Assembly (NCBI GenBank): GCA_021794235.1
Contig: JAJYRE010000004.1
Coordinates: 10,920-74,919 of the forward strand
DNA: 64,000 nucleotides
Source: Nanobdellota archaeon
Lineage (GTDB): Archaea; Nanobdellota; Nanobdellia; Parvarchaeales; Parvarchaeaceae
Direction of reading: 5' to 3'
Shown in pieces: positions 27,174 to 35,971 of the stretch (position 1 is the stretch's first letter; the number at the start of each line of letters is the position of its first letter). The notes under the pieces are model-generated. The model did not search any database and was not told where the DNA came from. It worked only from the letters and a program-made list of their open reading frames with translations. A program made the position numbers and the translations under genes.

Positions 27174-28159
27174 AATCACTGAAAATAGACACAAAGAAAA
27201 ACATCATAAGGGCGCTGGTAAACTCGTATGACGATCTGATAGTCCTACAATATATAATGGAAAAAGGAGACCGGCTCGTCGCTTATTCAAAAAGAAAGAT
27301 GGAAGTAGCCGGAGAGCAGGTTGTAAAAGTCGTTAAGATAGGCATAGAAGTGGAGGACGTGGAGCCGGCAGAAAAAGCGCTAAGGATAAGCGGGAGGATA
27401 TTCTACTCTTCCGACAAGGACATTCCCCTCCACAAGTACCACACACTGGAGCTGAAGCTGAAGAGTGCGTTCAATCTGGGTAAACAGAAGATAATGACGT
27501 TCCAGATCAATATGCTGAGAAAGGCACAGGAACGGTCGCCAAAGGTTTTCGTATGCGTCTACGAGCCCGGATATGGTATACTCTACCAGATAACAAACTA
27601 CTCAGTAAGGAGGTTATATGAGGTCAAGCACAGCGTTCAGGGTAAGCGGTTCAAGAACGAAAGCAGGGAAGCGTTCATAGAGAAGCTAGGAACGGCTTTG
27701 GCGGAGGAATACGCAAAGAGGAAGTGGAACGTTTTCATAGTCGCAGGGACCACCATAGACAACGAGGATCTCAGGAAAGGATTACTTAAGGGAATGAGCG
27801 TTACCTACGAAACGGTTTCTTACGCCGATACAGGGCTGAAGGAACTGATAAGTAAGGACAAGATAAATGAAATGATAAGTAGGACTAAGGTGGCTACACA
27901 GAGGAATCTGATTAACGAGTACATAGGTGAGATATCGAAAGGAAATGAAAAGTACGTCTACGGAAAGAAGGGTATGGAGGACACCCTGCACGATAGCAGA
28001 GTCATCCAGGCAATAGTAACAAAGGACTACGTCTTCAAGAACAAGGATGTTATCAATTCTCTTGATTCGAACGGCGTGGATATCATATTCTTTGATGAGA
28101 GGGATGAATCTTTGGAGCAGCTGCAAAATTTCGGCGGTATCATAGTCAAGCTACGCTGA
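27170..28159 (+). CDS. pelA: Pelota (Dom34) mRNA surveillance / ribosome rescue factor
   Basis: 329 aa. N-terminus ..YDDLIVLQYIMEKGDRLVAYSKRK.. and an eRF1-like C-terminus (..VDIIFFDERDESLEQLQNFGGIIVKLR). Confidence 0.8.
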   Translation: MKSLKIDTKKNIIRALVNSYDDLIVLQYIMEKGDRLVAYSKRKMEVAGEQVVKVVKIGIEVEDVEPAEKALRISGRIFYSSDKDIPLHKYHTLELKLKSAFNLGKQKIMTFQINMLRKAQERSPKVFVCVYEPGYGILYQITNYSVRRLYEVKHSVQGKRFKNESREAFIEKLGTALAEEYAKRKWNVFIVAGTTIDNEDLRKGLLKGMSVTYETVSYADTGLKELISKDKINEMISRTKVATQRNLINEYIGEISKGNEKYVYGKKGMEDTLHDSRVIQAIVTKDYVFKNKDVINSLDSNGVDIIFFDERDESLEQLQNFGGIIVKLR

Positions 28160-28162
28160 TTT

Positions 28163-28534
28163 CTACTTTCTTTTTCTCTTTGCTCTTCTTCTAACCGGCG
28201 TCTTTTTCGTAGTTGCCTTTTTGCAGTAGACTACAACGAATATTATCGCCCAGGATACTAGAATCCAAACAGCTAAGTCGGCTACTAGCTGAAGATACTG
28301 GATCGTCCATGGGTAGTACTGCGGTGCCAGCATCATCTTTATCAGCCATGTGAACGGGAATCCGTACCATTCCGCACCCACCACATTAGACGTTGTATTT
28401 ATGAGTCCTGTGAGGAGAGCTAATAGAACTCCGGCTATTACACCAATGACCAAAAGTGCAGGCCACTTCATGGTGTTATTAGACACTTGCATCTTAAAAA
28501 AGCATATTTCAGTACATCCTATAGGGCACGCCAA
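28163..28534 (-). CDS. Small membrane protein with a poly-basic C-terminal tail
   Basis: 123 aa, 2-3 TM, C-terminus KKATTKKTPVRRRAKRKRK. The start may be the internal MQVSNN. Confidence 0.45.
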   Translation of the reverse strand: MACPIGCTEICFFKMQVSNNTMKWPALLVIGVIAGVLLALLTGLINTTSNVVGAEWYGFPFTWLIKMMLAPQYYPWTIQYLQLVADLAVWILVSWAIIFVVVYCKKATTKKTPVRRRAKRKRK

Positions 28535-28564
28535 ATTTTTGGATTAATGAATCCGGTGTGTATA

Positions 28565-29728
28565 TTACTTGGAGCCTCTTTTTGCCTTTGGCTTGAAAAA
28601 CACAGAAAAGAAAACCGCCAATATCAGCGTACCCAGGATTATAATCGAATATACAGATGCGTCTATAAGCCCGCCGGCAAAGGCGATACTGCCTATAACA
28701 ACACCGACTGCACCTCTTCCACCCAGTATCGACATTGCGCTGCTCGCCTTCATTTTTCTGAAGACCTCTACACCAAAGAAGGAAACTAGCGCAGTACTAA
28801 AAATGGCACTCGCAGCCGTAAGAACGATCAGTATCGTTATGCCGCCCAGTGAAGGCAGAGTAGCGGCTGCACCAGCTATGGTGAAAAACACTGGTATAAA
28901 GAAGCTATCATCCAGTCTTTTGAATGTGCGTGTCAGGGTCCCAAAGACTTTTTTACCCACGACAAATTCCTCCAAAATCATGCCTGCGAAGAAAGCGCCG
29001 AGCACGAACGTTACCCCGATCAGTTGGAGGATTGATGCTATACCGAGCCCTAGTAGTATGACTATCGCGAATATCAAACCCTCTCCGTCGCGTCTTTTTG
29101 ATAGACTCTGGAAAAACTTTCTTACAAACTTGTAGTGTCTGCGTAGCAGCCTTGCTATAATCAGCATGATTACTATAAAGATAAGTAGGGTTGCCACCAG
29201 GAAGAATATATTCATGATGTTTGTGGACTTATACAGTATGGCAAGTGTAGTAAATGCCAGTATATCCGATATGACCACACTGGAAAGTATTTTGTCTCCG
29301 TCTTCCGTTCCTATCAGCGAATAATGCCTTAGCAGCACTGAAACTATGGATATTGAAGGAACTCCTACTCCCATCGAGACAACTATAGACTGCACTACGT
29401 TGAATCCGAATACGAAATAGGAGATAGCAGCCATCACTATAACAGGGATGACAAAACTCCCAAATGAGAGCACTGTGCTCTCTGACGGATTCGATGTTAA
29501 CGTTTTATAAGTCGCTTCGATTCCGAGCAGAAGTATTATGAAAAACAGCGCTATATCGGCTATGCTTGTGAGCGACTGGCTAGGGACCACAAAGCCAAGC
29601 ACAGCCCGGCCGAGAATGAAACCCACCAATAGCTGGCCGGCGACTTCCGGAATTCCGAACTTATTGGATACCCTACCTGCTATTATACCCGATGCCAGCA
29701 GTATAAGTATCGCGGTTATTATGTCCAT
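28565..29728 (-). CDS. Cation:proton antiporter (CPA/Kef-type Na+/H+ exchanger family)
   Basis: 387 aa, about 11-12 TM. N-terminus ILLASGIIAGRVSNKFGIPEVAGQLLVGFILG is typical of the Na_H_Exchanger family. Confidence 0.8.
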   Translation of the reverse strand: MDIITAILILLASGIIAGRVSNKFGIPEVAGQLLVGFILGRAVLGFVVPSQSLTSIADIALFFIILLLGIEATYKTLTSNPSESTVLSFGSFVIPVIVMAAISYFVFGFNVVQSIVVSMGVGVPSISIVSVLLRHYSLIGTEDGDKILSSVVISDILAFTTLAILYKSTNIMNIFFLVATLLIFIVIMLIIARLLRRHYKFVRKFFQSLSKRRDGEGLIFAIVILLGLGIASILQLIGVTFVLGAFFAGMILEEFVVGKKVFGTLTRTFKRLDDSFFIPVFFTIAGAAATLPSLGGITILIVLTAASAIFSTALVSFFGVEVFRKMKASSAMSILGGRGAVGVVIGSIAFAGGLIDASVYSIIILGTLILAVFFSVFFKPKAKRGSK

Positions 29729-29930
29729 AGCTATTTTTTATGACCAGTATTTATAAAGTTGCACAACCGACAGCGATATTCCCCATCGCAGAAAATCGGC
29801 AAAGGTTATTTTAATAATACAGTTATTTTCTACCAATACCTATCTGGCGTATCTTCATTACCTTATTCGAATGCAAAACGAAAATTAAAGTTCTTCTATA
29901 GGTATTTTTCCGCACGAGCGGCTGTGAAAC

Positions 29931-30269
29931 TCAAGATGTGTGGTTAGCACAGTAAGGGCTACCGAACGTAGAATTCCAGTAATATGTTGTATTATTGAAC
30001 AGACAGCTTGTCGTTCCGTTCGGGACACTAGCACAGTTATACACGTTTCCGGTAATATTATCCCGAAAATTCTGAAAATCGCACCAGGCTGTTACATTAT
30101 TCATGGCAGAGGAGATCATACAGGCGGCGTCGCAGGAAACTGCGTATTCTTGGAGTGGATTCTGAACTCCGGCAGAGTTATTATGGTTAATAGACAAAGA
30201 CCCTGAATAGACAAACAGCACGAAAAGCAGTATCGCGATTACAATTATCGCCGATATCACCAGGCTCAT
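29931..30269 (-). CDS. Small Cys-rich secreted protein with an N-terminal hydrophobic helix
   Basis: 112 aa. Starts MSLVISAIIVIAILLFVLFVY. Has 6 Cys and several sequons (NVT, NIT, NGT, NNT, NST, NHT). Confidence 0.45.
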   Translation of the reverse strand: MSLVISAIIVIAILLFVLFVYSGSLSINHNNSAGVQNPLQEYAVSCDAACMISSAMNNVTAWCDFQNFRDNITGNVYNCASVPNGTTSCLFNNTTYYWNSTFGSPYCANHTS

Positions 30270-30408
30270 TTTATCTGCATAAGGCCCATTCTATTAATAT
30301 TTTCTGTCAAGATCACTCGACGCTTATTCTAACGAGAATCCAGAGCTGATAAATCAGATTGAAAGTGGACTGTTTGTTTGGGCGGATTTATTCTAATTTT
30401 TTATTGCT

Positions 30409-30732
30409 CTATTCCAGCCCTATAGCCACTTTGATGGTAGACTCCGAATTTCTACTTGTCGCATTTAAATAAAACTCGAGCAGTGATTTTGACCCGCACT
30501 CCACACATTCGGATCGACGTTTAGTAGTGTATGGATTATCGCGTGTCGAATTGCGCCTTACTGTTTTGAAATCGAACTTCTCTTTCTGCTTATAGACATT
30601 TCCGCAATCGCAAAGAAGAGTCAAATCAATCTTGAAAGAGTAAGGTTCTGAATGGATAGGGTCAAAATAGGCCCCTAACTGACTGGCAATGGAAAATCTG
30701 CTCCTAGCTTCTAATATCTCTTTCAATGTCAT
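30409..30732 (-). CDS. Hypothetical zinc-ribbon protein
   Basis: 107 aa with the cysteine pairs CDCG...CVECG. No family recognised. Confidence 0.45.
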   Translation of the reverse strand: MTLKEILEARSRFSIASQLGAYFDPIHSEPYSFKIDLTLLCDCGNVYKQKEKFDFKTVRRNSTRDNPYTTKRRSECVECGSKSLLEFYLNATSRNSESTIKVAIGLE

Positions 30733-30854
30733 GTTTTATTCCACCGTATCGTTTTTACTACACTTTATAGGAGGTAACTTATATTAAAATATTTCACGCA
30801 CCGTAAACTAGTGGAATGTCCAATTAGTCTCATTTTAGGTAGATAGCATTATCC

Positions 30855-30893
30855 CCAAACAAGATTGCCCCCGCCGGGATTTGAACCCGGGTC
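30855..30893. repeat. 39-bp perfect direct repeat, copy 2
   Basis: Identical to 25939-25977. Covers the 3' part of the tRNA-Arg candidate plus 11 nt of 3' flank. Confidence 0.95.
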
Positions 30894-30939
30894 ACCGGTT
30901 CCGCAAACCAGCATTCTGTCCAAGCTAGACTACAGGAGC
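30866..30939 (-). tRNA. tRNA-Arg(GCG) candidate with a non-ideal structure
   Basis: Reverse complement is GCTCCTG-TA-GTCT-AGCTTGGACA-GAAT-G-CTGGT-TTGCGGA-ACCGG-TGAC-CCGGG-TTCAAAT-CCCGG-CGGGGGC-A. The acceptor needs two G-U pairs (3-70, 6-67), and the D stem has a C-A mismatch plus two G-U pairs. The 3' 28 nt are identical to tRNA-Glu. Confidence 0.6.
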
Positions 30940-30998
30940 ATATCTTCTAATTAGTATATTCTGGTTTAAATTTAAAACAGTCGGGTGATATAGTCGGT

Positions 30999-31889
30999 TT
31001 ATATCTTCAACTCATTCCTTACCCTGTTTATGTTCTTTATTCTCTTCTCCAATGACGGGTGTGTTGAAAACAAATTAAGCAGGGAATGCCCATTGAAATT
31101 GTTTACTAAAAACATAGACGAATATGCACCCGGCTGCGGGTTGTTCCGGCTCTGGGGGAATGTCGTTCTTCTCGGTATAGGCTTGCTTATCTTCTCAAGG
31201 GATGATATAAGTGCATCTGGGTCTCTTATCAATCGGACGCTGCCTTCATCCGCATCGGCTTCCCTGCTTCTGGAGATGCCCAACTGTACGAACATTGCTC
31301 CTAATGGTATAAGAATAGCAGCTATCAGTAGGATTATTCCGTTGTTTCCCCGCTCTCCCTCTCCGAAAAGCATGGAAAAGAGTATCATATTGCCTATATA
31401 GGATATGATAGTCGCTATCGTAGCGGCTATTGTTGTTACCAGGATATCCTTGTGAGTTATATGGCTTATCTCGTGCCCCAAGACTGCAGTAAGCTCCTCA
31501 TCGTTCAGCATTTTTAGTATACCGCTAGTGGCCACCACGACGGAGTGCTTCTCATCCTTTCCGGTGGCGAAAGCATTCGGGACATCGGTTGGCATTATCC
31601 CAACACGTGGCATAGGTATGCCGGCTTTTTTGACAACCTTCTCGACTATTCCGTAGAATCTCGGGTCGTCTTTCCTCTGGATCAGCTTGGAATTAGTCAT
31701 CCTGAGCGCTATGGAATCGCTCTTGAGGTATGACACTATATTCATAACCAGGGCTATGCCAAGGAAAAGCGACATCCAGACCAGTATATAGCCTGTAAAG
31801 TATCCTATGAGTGCACCGAAGCCTACAAGCATCAGTGACAATGCCGCAAACAGCATCCCTATCTTCAAAGTACCAAAACCATTGGACAT
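30999..31889 (-). CDS. htpX: HtpX-like M48 zinc metalloprotease
   Basis: HEISHITHKD (HExxH), TM helices, C-terminus ..FSTHPSLEKRI. I prefer the start MSNGFGTLK (31889), because the longer track ORF (to 31976) would overlap the upstream gene. Confidence 0.85.
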   Translation of the reverse strand: MSNGFGTLKIGMLFAALSLMLVGFGALIGYFTGYILVWMSLFLGIALVMNIVSYLKSDSIALRMTNSKLIQRKDDPRFYGIVEKVVKKAGIPMPRVGIMPTDVPNAFATGKDEKHSVVVATSGILKMLNDEELTAVLGHEISHITHKDILVTTIAATIATIISYIGNMILFSMLFGEGERGNNGIILLIAAILIPLGAMFVQLGISRSREADADEGSVRLIRDPDALISSLEKISKPIPRRTTFPQSRNNPQPGAYSSMFLVNNFNGHSLLNLFSTHPSLEKRIKNINRVRNELKI

Positions 31890-31932
31890 ACCAGTATATT
31901 GCAGGGAACGTCTATAAATCCTTTTGCCAAGC

Positions 31933-32529
31933 TCAGTCCTTTGATATTTCCGACAGCGCCTTTGAGACGGAATCAATGGTGTAGTTTACGTTGTCCATGC
32001 GGACTTCCACCATGACCTCCGTGCCTTCTCCGGATGCCAGCTTATCCTTGATATCCTGTCTTATTTTGCGTATCATAAACCATGTTGGAGCCTCGACATA
32101 GATATTCTCCACTCCGTCCTCCTCATCCTCTCTCAGGGATGAATAGGACTTTTCGAGCATACCCCGCATTTCGTCCTGCACAGGCTTTCTAGTCTCGTAT
32201 ATAGAAACGTCCAGACCGAGATTCGACAGTCTTTTGGTCGTTTGAAACGGCTTTTCTGATTGTTTTGAGTCGAGTATCCTGTAAAGTCTGGTTATTATCA
32301 GGCTCGCAGGCCTTATAGTATGGTGTCCGGAGTACGGTTCGTCCTCATAATAAACTTCCATCCACTTGCTGCTGTCACCGAAGTATGCCAGTTTCTCGCA
32401 CCTGTCGTCGGTATCCGGGTTCATGAAAGGGGATTTGCACAGTATAGTCCTAGAATCGAATGAATCTGACAACGATCTCTCCAGTTCAGATAATCCGTAA
32501 GCGGCCTTCCTGGTCGGATTCGGCGCCAT
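31933..32529 (-). CDS. Hypothetical cytoplasmic protein
   Basis: 198-aa ORF with coding-like composition. No recognisable family. Confidence 0.45.
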   Translation of the reverse strand: MAPNPTRKAAYGLSELERSLSDSFDSRTILCKSPFMNPDTDDRCEKLAYFGDSSKWMEVYYEDEPYSGHHTIRPASLIITRLYRILDSKQSEKPFQTTKRLSNLGLDVSIYETRKPVQDEMRGMLEKSYSSLREDEEDGVENIYVEAPTWFMIRKIRQDIKDKLASGEGTEVMVEVRMDNVNYTIDSVSKALSEISKD

Positions 32530-32741
32530 ATTCTCTTATGATAAGAGCTCCTATTAATACACAAGGCCGGAGTAAGAGGCTACAAACCGGGCAGAAACAG
32601 CCATAAGATAACTATATAAGCCATAAATGAGGATAATAATATAATTAATAATATTAGTCAGCTGAGTGGGCCATTGGTCCCCGGTTTACGATTACAACTA
32701 GACCCGATAGGAGGTCTTTTTAAAATTTGGAGGTGTTGAAC

Positions 32742-33941
32742 ATGGCAAAGATAGGACCAGCTTCTTTTAAGTACGTCCTTCACGCAAAGTTTACGGCTGA
32801 TAGTCTAGTCGATAAACCAGACGTCATAGGCGCGGTTTTCGGTCAGACTGAAGGTCTTCTTGGTGAAGAACTAGATCTAAGGGAAGCACAAAAGAATGGA
32901 AAAATAGGAAGAATAAACGTCGAGAGTTCCTCTTCGAGCGGAAAGACCGCCGGTGAGATAACTATCCCGACTTCTCTGGGTATAGCAGAGACGGCGCTCA
33001 TAGGAGCTGCGATAGAGACTATAGACAGGATAGGGCCTTCCAAGGCTACAGTTACTGTCGACAAGATAGAGGATGTAAGGGCGTCCAAGCGCGACTACAT
33101 AATGAAGAAGGCCCAGAAGCTTCTTGATGAGGCTCTAAAGACCTCTCAGGTGGACACAACCGAACTGCTCCAGAAGCTCTACGAAGACGTTAGACAGAAG
33201 GAGTTCGTCGAGTACGGATCTGAAAAGCTGCCTGCCGGACCGGATGTAAACGATTCGGAGGAAGTGATAGTCGTAGAAGGCAGGGCGGACGTTATGAACA
33301 TGCTTAAGCACGGGTTCGCGAACGTCATAGGTATGAACGGTACAAATATACCTAAGACAGTCATAGACCTGAGCAGGAAGAAGACCGTAACGCTGTTTGT
33401 TGATGGTGACAGGGGAGGGGAGATGATAATAAACTCCTTCCTTCAGCAGGGTCACGTTGACTTTATAGCAAAGGCCCCCAGCGGAACAGAGGTTGAAGAG
33501 CTCTCTAAGAAGGAGATAAACCAGTCTCTTAGGCTCAGGGTTCCTATAGAGGAATACGATCCTTCGCTTCTTAGGAGGGAAACGCACGAGAGGAAGGCCC
33601 CGGTAGGGCACGCCCAACCTCAGCAGCCACAGGTGGAAGTACCTCAGGAAATAAAAGATAAGGCTATCAGTTTCATAAACGAGATAGTCGGCACGAGGGG
33701 GGCTTTCTTAGTGAACAAGAACTATGAGATAATGGGTAAGATACCTTACAAAGAGGTAGAGGCATCCATTCTTAACATAGAGAACATATACATGCTCGTA
33801 CTCGACGGCACGATAACTGACGAAATAGTCAAGTCTGCCGAAGAAAGCGAGATTGAATATGTCATAGGAAGCAAGGTTTTCGGAAGCAGTCAGTCCGTAA
33901 AGCTGCTGTCTTACGAGAACATCGGATACAAGTACAGATAA
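32742..33941 (+). CDS. dnaG: Archaeal DnaG (TOPRIM primase / exosome-associated protein)
   Basis: MAKIGPASFKYVLHAKF.A...V.KPDVIGAVFGQTEGLLG and the TOPRIM region VIVVEGRADVMNMLKHG...TLFVDGDRGGE. ATG at 32742, preceded by ggaggtg. Confidence 0.9.
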   Translation: MAKIGPASFKYVLHAKFTADSLVDKPDVIGAVFGQTEGLLGEELDLREAQKNGKIGRINVESSSSSGKTAGEITIPTSLGIAETALIGAAIETIDRIGPSKATVTVDKIEDVRASKRDYIMKKAQKLLDEALKTSQVDTTELLQKLYEDVRQKEFVEYGSEKLPAGPDVNDSEEVIVVEGRADVMNMLKHGFANVIGMNGTNIPKTVIDLSRKKTVTLFVDGDRGGEMIINSFLQQGHVDFIAKAPSGTEVEELSKKEINQSLRLRVPIEEYDPSLLRRETHERKAPVGHAQPQQPQVEVPQEIKDKAISFINEIVGTRGAFLVNKNYEIMGKIPYKEVEASILNIENIYMLVLDGTITDEIVKSAEESEIEYVIGSKVFGSSQSVKLLSYENIGYKYR

Positions 33942-34148
33942 TTTCTGTAAAGCACTAACTGGTGGGTTCGCCTACCAGTCGTGCACGTATCTTCCCTCTA
34001 TCAGCCACAGATAATCAATTCAATCCCGCTGCACGTACTTGTAAACGACAAATCCGACTGCTACCCGCATGGTTTATCATATGACATTCTCGATGAAAAG
34101 TGGATTTACGGCGGGAAACCGAAGCAACCAGAATCGGGTCCGGAAAAT

Positions 34149-35408
34149 CTACTTTAGTCCTATAATCTTCTTGGCTTTTTCGTAGAAGAACTCCCTGTTC
34201 TCCCTGATTCCGGCTAATCCCCTGTCCACGCTGTCCTGGGCAACCGCAGCGGCTATTCTCGGATAAATCTCCCTCTCCTGCATAGTCGGGACTATGTATT
34301 CGCTGCTGAGCCCCTTCTCTTCTGCGAAGGCGGCAAGTTCATTTGCCGCGGCTATCGCCGTGGCATCGTCTATCTTTGTGGTTCTAGAATCAAGTACGCC
34401 CCTGAACAGCGCGGGAAATATCAGGCTATTGTTTATCTGGTTTGGGAAATCCGACCTTCCGGTCGAGACTATGTATGCTCCGGCCTTCTTAGCCTCATCT
34501 GGCATTATCTCGGGAACAGGATTCGCGTTTGCGAAGACAACCGGTTTATCACCCATCCTCCTTATCCATTCCTGCTTTATCCCACCCTCTCTGCTGAAAC
34601 CTATAACTATGTCGGCACCGTCGAAAGATTTGATCGCGTCAGATACGTTTTCCCTGTTAGATTTCTTCATTATTTCGTATTTCCAGCGGTTCTCGGTCTT
34701 AAGAATCTCTACATCGTCCCTGCTGCCATAGAGCGGGCCCTTGCTATCACCTATTATTATGCTGCCTACGTCCACCCCGTACTTCTCAAGAACCCTGAAC
34801 AGCGCGATGTTCGCGGCACCGGCTCCTATCATGACTATCTTCGCCTTCTTCAGGTCTTTCCCTACAAGTTTCATAGAGTTTATCAGTCCGGCGAGGGTGG
34901 CAGCAGCAGTACCCTGCTGGTCGTCGTGCCATACCGGAACCCGGAGTTCGTTCTGAAGCTTCTCGAGCACTTCGAAGCAGAATGGTGAGGAGATATCCTC
35001 TAGGTGTATGCCGCCCGGGGTGACAGATATATTTTTCACTACATTAACGAATTCGTCAACATCTTTCGTCGCTATAGGTATCGGGATAGCATTCACTCCT
35101 CCGAGCTCTTTGTAGATAAGCGACTTGCCTTCCATAACGGGCAGAGACGCCAAAGGCCCTATATCCCCCAATCCAAGGACTCTGGTGCCGTTAGTAACTA
35201 TGAAAATCGTGTTCCACCTCCATGTCATATCCCATGATAGCTTCTCATCCTGGCTTATCGCCGTGGAAACAGCGGCTACACCCGGAGTGTAGACGTATGA
35301 GAAATCCTCTAGCGATTTGATTGGTAAAGTAGGCTTTATGGTTATTTTTCCACCGTATCGTTTGGATATCTCTATAGCTTTCTCGGAGAAATTCTTTTCC
35401 ATAAACAT
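34149..35408 (-). CDS. NAD(P)-dependent malic enzyme
   Basis: 419 aa. YTPGVAAVS, VTNGTRVLGLGDIGPLASLPVMEGKSLIYKELGGV, GAGAANIA. Confidence 0.9.
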   Translation of the reverse strand: MFMEKNFSEKAIEISKRYGGKITIKPTLPIKSLEDFSYVYTPGVAAVSTAISQDEKLSWDMTWRWNTIFIVTNGTRVLGLGDIGPLASLPVMEGKSLIYKELGGVNAIPIPIATKDVDEFVNVVKNISVTPGGIHLEDISSPFCFEVLEKLQNELRVPVWHDDQQGTAAATLAGLINSMKLVGKDLKKAKIVMIGAGAANIALFRVLEKYGVDVGSIIIGDSKGPLYGSRDDVEILKTENRWKYEIMKKSNRENVSDAIKSFDGADIVIGFSREGGIKQEWIRRMGDKPVVFANANPVPEIMPDEAKKAGAYIVSTGRSDFPNQINNSLIFPALFRGVLDSRTTKIDDATAIAAANELAAFAEEKGLSSEYIVPTMQEREIYPRIAAAVAQDSVDRGLAGIRENREFFYEKAKKIIGLK

Positions 35409-35494
35409 TATTGTACCTGTTAGTTTTAATATTATCGCGAAATATGAAATCAGAAGCTAACATATTTATATTCTGGGTTAGTTTAATGTAAGTC

Positions 35495-35887
35495 ATGGAG
35501 TTCAAAGTAGCAGGAATAAATGAATTAAGAAAAGGCGATTCTATACTTGTTGAAGACCAGTTTCTCTGCAAAATAACCGATATATCACTGAGCGCACCCG
35601 GAAAACACGGACACGCTAAGGCAAGGGTAGAGGCGGTGGGAATACTCGACGGCAAAAAGAGGGTTTTCGTAATGTCCGCAGATGACAGGGCAAAGATTCC
35701 GATAATAGAGAAGAGAAACGCACAGGTCATAAGCATAAATGGAGACAAGGTACAGCTTATGGACCTGGAGACCTACGACGTTTTCGAGACTAGCATCCCG
35801 GAAGAACTCAAGGAGAAGATCGTAGATGGCGTTCAGGTCACTTATTCTGACATGATGGGCCAGATGGTCATAAAGTCCATAAAATAG
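35495..35887 (+). CDS. eif5a: Translation initiation factor 5A (aIF5A)
   Basis: 130 aa. Hypusination loop SAPGKHGHAKARVEAVGI. Confidence 0.95.
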   Translation: MEFKVAGINELRKGDSILVEDQFLCKITDISLSAPGKHGHAKARVEAVGILDGKKRVFVMSADDRAKIPIIEKRNAQVISINGDKVQLMDLETYDVFETSIPEELKEKIVDGVQVTYSDMMGQMVIKSIK

Positions 35888-35971
35888 TTGGAAAATTTCT
35901 AAATTCAGAAGAGTTACCTTTCAAGAGGTACTCCCACAAATTTAAATACTGTAGAATGGCATTATTTATTA

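Noticed and set aside
29759-29947. 62-aa plus-strand ORF in the spacer between the antiporter and the Cys-rich protein genes
   Set aside because: It has no SD, an implausible composition (Tyr/Phe/Arg rich), and lies in an AT-rich promoter/terminator spacer.
25978-30854. The 4.9-kb segment enclosed by the 39-bp repeats, considered as an integrated mobile element
   Set aside because: It contains housekeeping genes (pelota, CPA antiporter, amino-acid permease) and no integrase, replication or capsid-like gene. Both repeats belong to apparently complete tRNA genes rather than one full and one partial copy. The repeat itself is kept as a finding, but the enclosed DNA is not called a mobile element.
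30739-35363. 16-nt identity ttccaccgtatcgttt at 30739-30754 and 35348-35363
   Set aside because: One chance 16-mer match is roughly what is expected in a 64-kb window on two strands. One copy is coding (malic enzyme KRYGGK) and the other is an SD region, so there is no shared context.
35245-35748. 167-aa minus-strand ORF bridging the malic enzyme start and the aIF5A gene
   Set aside because: It overlaps two strongly supported genes, one in the same-strand alternative frame and one in antisense. It has no motifs.
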